Shown: in pieces, positions 16,729-24,933 of the stretch
Layout of the letters: each line of letters opens with the position of its first letter
How positions within the stretch are numbered: the first letter of the stretch is position 1
Virus record (IMG/VR): IMGVR_UViG_3300045284_000289
Coordinates: 1 to 59,061 of that record
Direction: 5' to 3' (one strand)
Length of the DNA: 59,061 bases
Source: a virus
Lineage: Duplodnaviria > Caudoviricetes
Program-made: the position numbers and the translations under genes
The notes under the pieces: generated by a model
Told to the model about the DNA's origin: nothing
Database searches by the model: none
What the model saw: only the letters and a program-made list of their open reading frames with translations

Positions 16729-17707
16729 CCGCGTGACGTCCCCCGCCGAGCGGCTCGAAGCGGTCGCGCAGATCCTGATCCTGCTGTCCGTCGGTGGCCT
16801 GGCCGGCGCCGTGTCGTTCGTGCACGTGCACGACTGGACCGTGCACAACGGGCAGCTGTCCTGGGTGGGGTGGACCAACGCCATGGTCACCGAGCTGATC
16901 CAGATCGCGGGTGGCCTGGAGATCAGGCGCCGTAAACGCGAGGCGCTGCCCACCCGGGCGGTGATGGGTGTGCTGGTGGCGGCGGTCGCGGTGTCGTTGA
17001 CCGCGCAGGTCGCGCAGGCCGCGCCCACGGTGTTCGGGTGGGTGGTGTCCGCGCTGCCCGCGCTCGGGTTCTTGACCGTGGTCAAGATCGTGATGGCGCG
17101 GGCCGGGTCGGACCGGGCCGTGACCGCTGGTCCGGTGACCGTGACCCCGGACCTGGACCGGCCGGTCACGGCGACCGCGACCCGGTCCGGTCCGACCGTG
17201 ACCGTGACCGCTGCTGTGACCGGGTCGGACCGGGCGCGGGCGGTCGGACCCGGTCCGACCGTGGACCTCGACCCGACCGGGCGCGGTCCGGACCTGGACC
17301 TCGACCTGGTCCGGTCGGACCTCCCGGTCACGGTCGGGGCGTCACCCGGACCTGTGACCTCGACCCCGGACCGGACCTCGACCGGACCCGGTCCGGTCCC
17401 GCTCGACCTCGACCGTGACCGTGACCGTGACCCGGGTCTGGACCTGGACCTGACCCGGTCACACCCGGACCGCTCGACCGGACCCGCCCAGGTCACGCCC
17501 CTTGACCTGGACCGCGACCGCCTCACCACGGCAGGCTTCGACCCCGACCTGATCGACCGCGGCCTGACCGCCCTGACCACCCTGACCGCGACCGGCGCCA
17601 CGGTCAACCGCGGCACGTTCGCCATGCACCTACGCCAGGCCGGTCAACCGATCGCGACCAACACCGCCGGTCACCTACTCCGCGCCCTTAAGGAGGCGAC
17701 CGCGTGA
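16721..17707 (+). CDS. DUF2637 / Spd-like membrane protein with low-complexity linker and C-terminal putative HTH
   Basis: Four TM segments with SFVHVHD motif; D/T/R/P/V-rich linker; RGTFAMHLRQAGQPIATNTAGHLLRAL. Confidence 0.7.
   Translation: MSDRVTSPAERLEAVAQILILLSVGGLAGAVSFVHVHDWTVHNGQLSWVGWTNAMVTELIQIAGGLEIRRRKREALPTRAVMGVLVAAVAVSLTAQVAQAAPTVFGWVVSALPALGFLTVVKIVMARAGSDRAVTAGPVTVTPDLDRPVTATATRSGPTVTVTAAVTGSDRARAVGPGPTVDLDPTGRGPDLDLDLVRSDLPVTVGASPGPVTSTPDRTSTGPGPVPLDLDRDRDRDPGLDLDLTRSHPDRSTGPAQVTPLDLDRDRLTTAGFDPDLIDRGLTALTTLTATGATVNRGTFAMHLRQAGQPIATNTAGHLLRALKEATA
17095..17640. repeat. GACC/GGTC-saturated tract
   Basis: Eight GACC or GGTC occurrences in 17101-17160 alone; both orientations. 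Confidence 0.8.
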
Positions 17708-18111
17708 TGCTGCCCATCTCGACCGTCATCGCTCTACTCCTAGCCCCCTCGGTCCTCCTGTTGGTCACGATGGTCATGGCCCAAGTCCAGGTCCGGCGGG
17801 AACGAGCCGCGAACGCGGACCTGCAACACGCGCTCGCCGCGCGGGCCCGCCGGACCGGCCACCCCGAAGAGGCCCGCAGGCGGGACACCCTCGCGGACGT
17901 CCCCACCCACCGGGTGTGGCCGTTCCGGCCCCGACCCGCGGTCGAGTTCGAGGTCCCGACCGGGCTCGTGACCGTGACCAGTGACCTGACCGGCGTCGAG
18001 TATGAGCGGCTGAAAGCGCGCTGGGAGGAACAGCTCGGTCAGATCGCTGCCCGAGCTGACGAGACCTACCCGACCCTGCCGCGGCCACGGACCCGATGGT
18101 GGCGGCGGTGA
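17704..18111 (+). CDS. Membrane-anchored hypothetical protein
   Basis: N-terminal TM; AAGGAGG RBS. Confidence 0.65.
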   Translation: MMLPISTVIALLLAPSVLLLVTMVMAQVQVRRERAANADLQHALAARARRTGHPEEARRRDTLADVPTHRVWPFRPRPAVEFEVPTGLVTVTSDLTGVEYERLKARWEEQLGQIAARADETYPTLPRPRTRWWRR

Positions 18112-18671
18112 GGACCACGTTCGTCTCGCCCCGGGGCCGCTGCACCGGATGCGGCGAGATGCGGGCCGTGCGGAAGGACGGCCGGGTCGGCCGGCACACG
18201 TCCCTCGGGGTCTACCAGGACACGTGCGAGGGGGCCGGGCTCCCTCCGATGGAGGACACGACGACCCCGGTCCCGACCCTGCCGGGCCCGCTGGTCGGGT
18301 ACCGGGTCCGTATCGAGTGCCCGGTGTGTGATTCGGCCACGGGCCTCAGGACGGACGGGATGGTGGGGTCACACACCTGGTACAAGCCGCAGGTGGGGTG
18401 GGTACGTGGCTGTAGCGGGGTGGGGAAACCTCCCCGGTACAAGTCGACCAACCAGCCGATCGTGCCGGCGTCGCCGCCGGTGACGGTGACCGAGCACGCC
18501 ACCGGCATGTCCGGTGGCGGCATGAACGTACGCCCGGATGACCCGGAGATCGAGCGGGTGTACCCGCTGGCGGTGTGGATCGCGCATCGGCAGCGGGACG
18601 GGGGCCGGGTGTATCGGCGGCGGATCGTGGTGGTTGACGACTGGGAGGAGGTCCCCCGTGTCGACGAGTGA
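18108..18671 (+). CDS. Family A tandem Zn-finger protein with extra C-terminal domain
   Basis: CTGC..RKDGRVGRH..CEGAG; CPVC..RTDGMVGSH..CSGVG. Confidence 0.75.
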   Translation: MRTTFVSPRGRCTGCGEMRAVRKDGRVGRHTSLGVYQDTCEGAGLPPMEDTTTPVPTLPGPLVGYRVRIECPVCDSATGLRTDGMVGSHTWYKPQVGWVRGCSGVGKPPRYKSTNQPIVPASPPVTVTEHATGMSGGGMNVRPDDPEIERVYPLAVWIAHRQRDGGRVYRRRIVVVDDWEEVPRVDE

Positions 18672-18779
18672 TGACCCGATCAGCGCGCTCACCCCTGAGG
18701 ACCGGGCGTGGCTGGAACAGCACGGGTGGCGGGACACCACAAATGATTACCCAATCATTGGCACCGAGAAAATACTGGA

Positions 18780-19133
18780 GTGACCATGACCGTGTTTTTC
18801 GGTGACCGGTGGGACGCGCCGATAGTCGATTTGGCGACCCGTGTTGTCACGCCGTTCGGTGAGCCGTGCATGTTCTGTGCGGAACCGATCGAGCCGGGTG
18901 ATCGTGGCGTGCTGCGCCTGTGTGTTGATCTGGTCGACGGGGAAACGGTGACGGATACGCGGCCGGCGCACATGGAATGTGATCTACGTTCCATGCTGGG
19001 TGACGTGGAGCATCTGGAAGGCCGTTGCGCATGCAACGACCCGGCCGCGTCGAGTCGACCGTCTAAGCCGTTCCGGGAACAGGCGCGGGACGTCGTGGCG
19101 TGGTGTGAGGCTATGCGTGGGCGCCCGTTGTGA
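18780..19133 (+). CDS. Zn-binding phage protein
   Basis: CMFCAEPI...HMEC. Confidence 0.7.
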   Translation: MTMTVFFGDRWDAPIVDLATRVVTPFGEPCMFCAEPIEPGDRGVLRLCVDLVDGETVTDTRPAHMECDLRSMLGDVEHLEGRCACNDPAASSRPSKPFREQARDVVAWCEAMRGRPL

Positions 19134-19609
19134 AAGTGATTGTGCGTCAATGCCGTAACTGCGGGTGCGATATGGTGGCCGGATCCGCATACCGGATGTA
19201 CCGGGCATTACGCGACCAGTACACGCGGTGCGGCTCACACGGGTTCTGCACGAACTGTTCCGCCCACATACGACGCCACGGCGGCGATCCCGCCGGACCC
19301 GTTCCTCCCCGGACACAATTCGAGCCGATCCGGCACGGGCAGCCATGCCGGGACTGTCAACGCCCGCTTCTTCCCCAGTCGCTGTACCGGAGCGACATCC
19401 CCCGCTACAAGCCGCTGGGGTACGTGTCGCTGGGCGGCCACGGCATGTGCGTGGCCTGCTACCGGTGGGCGAGAACCCATCAGACACTGCCGGACCCCGG
19501 GCCACCACGGCCTGAACCGCCGGTTCGGTTAGGTCCGCACCCGGACGACGACGGCCCGCTGCACCCCGCCGAGCTGGCCCGCCTGCGTGCCATCCACGGC
19601 GTGGGGTGA
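19130..19609 (+). CDS. Family B double Zn-finger protein
   Basis: CRNC..GFCTNC, CRDC..GMCVAC, ELARLRA. Confidence 0.75.
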   Translation: MKVIVRQCRNCGCDMVAGSAYRMYRALRDQYTRCGSHGFCTNCSAHIRRHGGDPAGPVPPRTQFEPIRHGQPCRDCQRPLLPQSLYRSDIPRYKPLGYVSLGGHGMCVACYRWARTHQTLPDPGPPRPEPPVRLGPHPDDDGPLHPAELARLRAIHGVG

Positions 19610-19717
19610 CGTCCAGTCGTGACACCGCCCGCAGTACCCTTCGGCGATATCCGTGGGGTGCCAGCTGGTTTTCCCGCACCGCGGGCACGTGATCGACGGC
19701 TGGACCGGGGGTGTCAC
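19529..19717 (-). CDS. Small Zn-ribbon protein
   Basis: ITCPRCGKTSWHPTDIAEGYCGRCHDW. Confidence 0.65.
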   Translation of the reverse strand: MTPPVQPSITCPRCGKTSWHPTDIAEGYCGRCHDWTSPHAVDGTQAGQLGGVQRAVVVRVRT

Positions 19718-19953
19718 AGCCAGATCCAGTCGCTCCGCACCCAGTTCAACCGGTCAGGCTGCAACATCAGCAGGCCGGCGTAGCCCTGGGCTTTGCCGTT
19801 CAGCACGGCCAGGGCCTCGCTTTGGAAGTCCCCTGCCGCGTGCCACTCGTCGGACGTCAACGCCCACCGCCGGGTCCACTCGGGGTCGGGCTGGCCGGGG
19901 ATCAGGCCGGCCATCACCTCCACAATGACGCGGGCGCTCTCGGGTTCGCTCAT
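19714..19953 (-). CDS. Hypothetical protein
   Basis: MSEPESARV...NWVRSDWIWL; coupled to 19529-19717. Confidence 0.65.
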   Translation of the reverse strand: MSEPESARVIVEVMAGLIPGQPDPEWTRRWALTSDEWHAAGDFQSEALAVLNGKAQGYAGLLMLQPDRLNWVRSDWIWL

Positions 19954-20160
19954 GCCGTGCACAGTAGACGCGCGTCTACTCCCAGTGGCAGTTGTCGTGC
20001 GGGACACCCGCGCGGCAGTCAGCGCACGCACTGCGCGAGTCCCTACCCGTGGTCTGCTGGTTGTCGTTGTCGTTGTCGTTGCTGTTGTTGTTCACGCCAT
20101 CCACCTTCTCACCCGTTGGTAGGGTTGACACATCTCGGATCCCCTGACCTGGGACCGATA

Positions 20161-20198
20161 GGGCGGTGGACCGGGAGGGCATACCCGGTCCACCGCCC
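20161..20198 (-). terminator. Hairpin directly after rsr
   Basis: 15-bp stem GGGCGGTGGACCGGG/CCCGGTCCACCGCCC, 6 nt past the stop. Confidence 0.6.
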
Positions 20199-20204
20199 GC
20201 ATAG

Positions 20205-21872
20205 TCAGAACGGCCAGCCGGCGTTCCTGCCCGCTTCCAACAGGGGGATCATCCGGAACGCCGCGTCCGTCAACCCACCGAACACGTGCGTGTTGTCCCG
20301 ACCACCGGACGGCGCGCTCCCCGCCCGGTACCCAGCCAAGTCCCAGATATAGAACGGCACGTCCCGAGACATCCCGCCGGGATGGAACTCACGGCCATAG
20401 CTGTCGTGAGCCTGCTCGTCGGTCACGATCACCACCCGGTCATGGCCGGCGTACCGCTCCCTGACCGCGCCCCAGGTGTTCGTGCCGCCCATGCCCCTGA
20501 ACTGTTGAATGATCGACAGCAGCGACTCGCCGCGCCGGACTTTCAGCGGCGCGCTGTGCGTGCCGTACTGCACCAGATCAGCCTGCTGGGCGCGGGCCGC
20601 CACCGCGGCACCGAACAGACCGGCCGCTTCGGCCCGGGACAGATCCGACTTGGCGGACAGGGATCCGAACATCGACCCGGACATGTCTACCAGGACCAGC
20701 GTCCGCCCCGGCAGCAGGGGAACGTTGCCCAGGGAGTGGTCGAGTCCCTGCTGCAACGCCCACGCCCACCGCAGGGACGGCGCGTTCTTGAACGCGGACA
20801 GGAACCGGAACGGGAACTGCCGCGACCGAGCGACCTCTTCGGGGTCGGCGAGTTTCGCCGCGACCTGCTCGGCGACCTTGTCGGACACACCGGCCTGGTC
20901 GAAGTTGCGGAGGTTCCGCAACAGCGCCATGTACCCCATGGTCGGGATGATCGCTTCCCACGCCACGGTGTCCATCGGCCCGTTGAGCCACCCGGCCAAC
21001 GCCTCCCACGTCATGCCGGCGTCACGCAAGTACTGCGACGCGTCCGGTCCCCACGAGCGGAGCATCGCCGCGCGTTCCCCCTGGGGGATGTCCATCAGGC
21101 GGGCGCGTTCCCGCAGGATCTTCAGGGTGTCGGGGATCGGGTTGTCCCGCCCGTGCCGCCGGTCGATCACGTGTTCGAACAGGTCACCCTGCGGCCGGCC
21201 GGTGTGGGGTGCGGCGTGCACCAGTTCCAGGACGTCACCGAACCGGAACGCATGCGCGCCGGTGTCGTACTTCAACACCGCCCGTTCGGTGTACAGGCGC
21301 CGGACCGCGTCCCCGATCCCGCGTTTGATCGGCTTGGGGACCGCGCGGCCGTAGCGGCGGGTCCAGTAGGCGAGCAGCTCGCCCGGCTCGTCGGCGCGCT
21401 GCAACACGGCGTCGATCACCGTGCGGGACAGGCCACGCCCCACCTGATGCTGTGGCGTCCCGTCGGGCGTGTGCTGCCCGGCGAGCGCGGTCACCGCGCG
21501 GGGCGCCTGCTGGGGGGCCTGGTCCAGGCCCAGTGTTTGGCGGGTCCGGACGAACTCGGCGGCACCAACCAGGGCGGCCGACCGCAGGTTGCCCTCACCG
21601 CGTAGCCAGGTGAGCATTCGGACGGTCCACTCCGGGTCTTCCACGGTCGCGGCCCGGACCAGCCGCTCGTACCGGTCGTCGCGGGCGTCGCTGGTCTCGT
21701 AGAACGTGCGCTCGCTGACCATGTTCGTGACGGCCAGGAGGAACAGTTCGGACTTGGTGTCCCGCAGGTACCCGGCACCGCCCTCGTGGGTGCGGATGGT
21801 GGGGGTGGGTTCGCTGGTGATCGGCGACGTGACAGCCGGTCGCGCGGCGCGGGGGGTGTTGAACTTCGACAA
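20205..21872 (-). CDS. rsr: Ro60-related TROVE + vWA ribonucleoprotein (Rsr)
   Basis: TROVE motifs THEGGAG, ELFLLAV, MTWEAL, MGYMALLRNLRN, SRQFPFRFLSA; vWA MIDAS LVDMSGSM..GGTN..VIVTDEQ. Likely TTG start at 21872 (MSKFNT) behind GAAGGG. Confidence 0.95.
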   Translation of the reverse strand: MSKFNTPRAARPAVTSPITSEPTPTIRTHEGGAGYLRDTKSELFLLAVTNMVSERTFYETSDARDDRYERLVRAATVEDPEWTVRMLTWLRGEGNLRSAALVGAAEFVRTRQTLGLDQAPQQAPRAVTALAGQHTPDGTPQHQVGRGLSRTVIDAVLQRADEPGELLAYWTRRYGRAVPKPIKRGIGDAVRRLYTERAVLKYDTGAHAFRFGDVLELVHAAPHTGRPQGDLFEHVIDRRHGRDNPIPDTLKILRERARLMDIPQGERAAMLRSWGPDASQYLRDAGMTWEALAGWLNGPMDTVAWEAIIPTMGYMALLRNLRNFDQAGVSDKVAEQVAAKLADPEEVARSRQFPFRFLSAFKNAPSLRWAWALQQGLDHSLGNVPLLPGRTLVLVDMSGSMFGSLSAKSDLSRAEAAGLFGAAVAARAQQADLVQYGTHSAPLKVRRGESLLSIIQQFRGMGGTNTWGAVRERYAGHDRVVIVTDEQAHDSYGREFHPGGMSRDVPFYIWDLAGYRAGSAPSGGRDNTHVFGGLTDAAFRMIPLLEAGRNAGWPF

Positions 21873-21917
21873 GGGGGCTCGACCCTTCAGGGGGAAGGGG
21901 AGCATGCGCACGTCAGG

Positions 21918-22060
21918 GATGGCGCCCGAGATCAGAGTCGGTGACGGTGACGAAGCGTGCTGCCGTTACACCACACTCGCCGAAGCGAGCGACGGGATTC
22001 GAACCCGCTCTACCCAATTAACAGTTGGAAGTAACCGTTGCCTACGCACCGAGCACCATC
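21918..22060 (-). ncRNA. yrlA: Y RNA 1 (YrlA-like tRNA mimic retaining an Asn GUU anticodon arm)
   Basis: Ro stem GAUGGUGCUCGGUGCG...UGAUCUCGGGCGCCAUC; T arm GCGGG-UUCGAAU-CCCGU; acceptor stem closed by UUCG; D arm UGGUGUAACGGCAGCAC. Confidence 0.9.
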
Positions 22061-22073
22061 GTCTGACGTGTGC

Positions 22074-22159
22074 TGCTCCCGAGATCAAGGTCACCGGCGG
22101 CATTTTCTGTCTACCTTGGAAGGGTGGGTGAAGTAGCCGCTGGTTTCGCACCGGGTGCA
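22074..22159 (-). ncRNA. Y RNA 2 (short; Ro-binding stem without a tRNA-like domain)
   Basis: Same CCGGUGCG..GGCUACUUC and UUGAUCUCGG motifs; only a small hairpin inside. Confidence 0.8.
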
Positions 22160-22213
22160 CGCCCTACGCTACACAGTCGGATAAGACCGCGCAAGCGGGA
22201 TGCCGCGTGGGGA

Positions 22214-22322
22214 GTGTCCGAGGTCAAGACGGTGAGGGAGTGCTCGCCTACCGAGCTGTGGTCCGCATCAGACGGACCCCAGGAATCGAACCCGAAGTAG
22301 CCCTTACCCGCGCACCGGACAC
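22214..22322 (-). ncRNA. yrlA: Y RNA 3 (compact YrlA-like)
   Basis: GUGUCCGGUGCG..GGCUACUUC; T loop GGGUUCGAUUCCU; GGUCCG/CGGACC closed acceptor; D-like AGCUCGGUAGGCGAGC; UUGACCUCGGACAC. Confidence 0.8.
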
Positions 22323-22364
22323 CCAACGCCACGCCTGCTCCCGCAACGCGGGAGTCAACTTGAT

Positions 22365-22511
22365 GCACCCGAGATCAAGATCAGCGACGGACTATCACAC
22401 CAATGCTCTACCAGGCTGAGCTACAGCCAGGGGTGCTACCCCTGGCGGGCGGGATTCGAACCCGCGACCCTTGGTTCCAGCTGAAGTAACCGTCACCCAC
22501 GCACCGAGTGC
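22365..22511 (-). ncRNA. yrlA: Y RNA 4 (canonical YrlA-like)
   Basis: GCACUCGGUGCG..GGUUACUUC; T arm GCGGG-UUCGAAU-CCCGC; acceptor GCCAGGGG/CCCCUGGC; D arm UAGCUCAGCCUGGUAGAGC; UUGAUCUCGGGUGC. Confidence 0.92.
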
Positions 22512-22517
22512 CCCCGC

Positions 22518-22553
22518 ACAATACACGCCTGATCGGAACCGACACACTAGAAT
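22518..22553. promoter_or_regulatory. Overlapping divergent promoters (Y RNA-rsr operon and padR-terminase operon)
   Basis: Minus TATTGT 22518-22523 puts +1 at 22511, the Y RNA 4 5' end; plus TAGAAT 22548-22553 puts +1 at ATG 22560. Confidence 0.65.
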
Positions 22554-22559
22554 TACGGC

Positions 22560-22871
22560 ATGTCCCTGGGTCGAGTACGGATCCCCACACTCCTCGTGCT
22601 CCACGTGCTACTCACCCAGCCCAGCGAGATCCACGGGTGGGCCGTGGTCACCGAAACCAGCCTGGCCGGCGGCACCGTCTACCCGATCCTGCAACGCCTG
22701 GAAAACATCGGGTGGGTCACCTCCCGGTGGGACCACACCCAGACCGGTCGGCCGCCGCGCCGCTACTACCGGGTCGTCGAAGCCCACCGGCGTGAAGCGG
22801 CCGGTCTGGTCGCCGCCCGCATGGCCGCCGTCCACACGGCGCCGCACAGAAAGGCGGCGCGCGATGCCTAA
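22560..22871 (+). CDS. PadR-family winged-helix regulator
   Basis: HGWAV...GTVYPILQRLENIGWVTSRW...RPPRRYYRV. Confidence 0.9.
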   Translation: MSLGRVRIPTLLVLHVLLTQPSEIHGWAVVTETSLAGGTVYPILQRLENIGWVTSRWDHTQTGRPPRRYYRVVEAHRREAAGLVAARMAAVHTAPHRKAARDA

Positions 22872-23469
22872 ACGCGTTCCGACCGACAGACCCAAGTGCA
22901 CCGGCCACACCCCGATCAAAGTCGACGGGATCAAACAGCGCGACGAACACGGGAAGGTCATCACCCGGCCCTGCGAACGGTGGCCCATCAACGGCGGCAC
23001 CGTGTGCCGCTCCCACGGCGGCGGGATCCGCCACGTCCGGGAAGCGGCCGACCGTCGCTACGCCGAGCAGCAGGTACGCGGCAAGCTGGCGAAGCTGATC
23101 GACACCGGCGCCATGATCGACGACCCGCTCACCGAGCTGTCCAAGCTCGCCACCGAAGCGGTGCTGTGGAAGGACATCATGGCCCAGCAGGTCGCCGGGT
23201 TGGCCGAGTACCGGTATGAGGACGTACGCGGCAGCGAGCAGTTGCGTTCGGAAATCGCGATGTTCGAGCGGGCCATGGACCGGTGTAACACCATCCTGGT
23301 CGGGATCGCGAAACTCAACATCGACGACCGGCTGATGGCGATTAAGGAATACCAGGTCGAACGCGTGTTGGGCGCGATCGACGCGGCGTTGACCCACGCC
23401 GGGGTCCCGGCCGAGCTGATCGCGCCGGCGAAGATACAGGCGGCACGGCACCTACACGCGACAGCCTGA
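22864..23469 (+). CDS. Probable terminase small subunit (HGG-motif type)
   Basis: C...VCRSHGG motif; immediately upstream of TerL. Confidence 0.6.
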   Translation: MPKRVPTDRPKCTGHTPIKVDGIKQRDEHGKVITRPCERWPINGGTVCRSHGGGIRHVREAADRRYAEQQVRGKLAKLIDTGAMIDDPLTELSKLATEAVLWKDIMAQQVAGLAEYRYEDVRGSEQLRSEIAMFERAMDRCNTILVGIAKLNIDDRLMAIKEYQVERVLGAIDAALTHAGVPAELIAPAKIQAARHLHATA

Positions 23470-23487
23470 CCGACAGGGGGGTGCGCG

Positions 23488-24933
23488 GTGGACATGCTGC
23501 TGATGGTTGCCGACCGACTGAACCGGCCACCGGACGCGCCCGGCAACGACCCTAAGAAGGACAAGTATCCGTCACCCGGCGCGTTGGCTGCGGCGCTCGA
23601 CCCCCGCAACACGATCGAAACACCGGCGTTGGCGCTGCTGGACCGTGAGCTGGTCGACGTCGCGGACGGGGTCACCGACCGCCTGATGTGGTTCATGCCT
23701 CCCCAGGAGGGCAAAAGCCAGCGGGTGTCCCGTTGGTTCCCGCTGTGGATGCTGCACCGGAATCCCGAACTCAGGATCGCGATCGCGTCCTATGAGCTGG
23801 GCGCGGCACGCCGGTGGGGGCGGCAGATCCGTAACGAGATCCTGACCCATCCCGAGCTGGGGTTACGGGTCCGGCGCGATAGTTCAGCGGCGCACGAGTG
23901 GCAGCTGGAAGGCCATGAGGGGGGCGTGTACTGCGTTGGCGTGGGTGGCCCGCTGACCGGCCGCCCCGTGGACCTGATGATCATCGACGACCCGGTTAAG
24001 GGCCGTGCGGAAGCCGACAGCGAAACCTACCGGGAGACCGCGAAAGCCTGGTGGTCGGAGACCGTCAACGCACGCCTGGGTGAGAACACGCCCGTCGTGC
24101 TGATCATGACCCGGTGGCATGAGGACGACCTGGCCGGCTATCTCAAGACCGAGCACCCCGAGGAGTGGCGGGTCGTCAACATCCCCGCACTGGCCGACCA
24201 CGATCCCGCCAAGGGTGAGCGTGACCCGCTGGACCGTGAACCTGGCGAGTGGCTCACGTCCGCGCGGCGCCGCACGATCCGGGGATGGGAGAAGCGGCGC
24301 GCCAACTTCGGCCCGCGCGGGTTCCAGGCACTGTGCCAGGGACGGCCCGCGCCGGCGGAAGGTGCGATGTTCAAGCGGAGGTGGTGGCGGTACTACACCG
24401 CGCCCCAGTGGGTCGAGAAGGACGGGTCCCTGCGGGCGGAGTTCGACCAGATGATCCAGTCGTGGGACATGGCGTTCAAGGACACTAAGGCCACGGACTA
24501 TGTGGTGGGGCAGGTGTGGGGGCGGCGCGGCGCGAACGCCTACCTGCTCGACCAGATCCGTGACCGGTTGGACTTCCCGGCCACGTGCAAGGCCATGGCG
24601 GCGTTGACGGCACGCTGGCCCCAGGCGCACGCGAAGCTGGTGGAGGAGAAGGCGAACGGTGCCGCGGTGATCGCGCAGTTACGCAACACGATTCCCGGGC
24701 TGATCCCGATCACCCCGCACGAGTCGAAGGAGGCGCGGGCGGCGGCCGTGTCGCCGTTCGTGGAGTCGGGGAACGTGTACCTGCCGGATCCCGTGTTGTT
24801 GGGGTGGGTGGGCACGTTCCTGGCTGAGACGTCGTCCTTCCCGACGGGCACGCACGACGATCAGGTGGACGCCCTGTCGCAGGCCCTGGACCGGTTGTTG
24901 ATCACGTCGAAGCCGCGAGTGCGGTTCATGTGA
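23488..24933 (+). CDS. terL: Terminase large subunit
   Basis: Walker A MPPQEGKS, Walker B IIDDP, MTRWHEDDL, nuclease SWDMA...HDDQVDA. Confidence 0.95.
   Translation: MDMLLMVADRLNRPPDAPGNDPKKDKYPSPGALAAALDPRNTIETPALALLDRELVDVADGVTDRLMWFMPPQEGKSQRVSRWFPLWMLHRNPELRIAIASYELGAARRWGRQIRNEILTHPELGLRVRRDSSAAHEWQLEGHEGGVYCVGVGGPLTGRPVDLMIIDDPVKGRAEADSETYRETAKAWWSETVNARLGENTPVVLIMTRWHEDDLAGYLKTEHPEEWRVVNIPALADHDPAKGERDPLDREPGEWLTSARRRTIRGWEKRRANFGPRGFQALCQGRPAPAEGAMFKRRWWRYYTAPQWVEKDGSLRAEFDQMIQSWDMAFKDTKATDYVVGQVWGRRGANAYLLDQIRDRLDFPATCKAMAALTARWPQAHAKLVEEKANGAAVIAQLRNTIPGLIPITPHESKEARAAAVSPFVESGNVYLPDPVLLGWVGTFLAETSSFPTGTHDDQVDALSQALDRLLITSKPRVRFM

Noticed and set aside
20060-20093. (GTTGTC)n microsatellite
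   Set aside because: Short; explained as the Asn/Asp run of a small minus-strand ORF, with no evidence of phase variation
21918-22511. tRNA gene cluster, or a CRISPR-like array
   Set aside because: Arms are in permuted order (T, closed acceptor, D) with no CCA end. The repeats are paired terminal stems of unequal units, and no cas genes are present; a Y RNA interpretation fits better.
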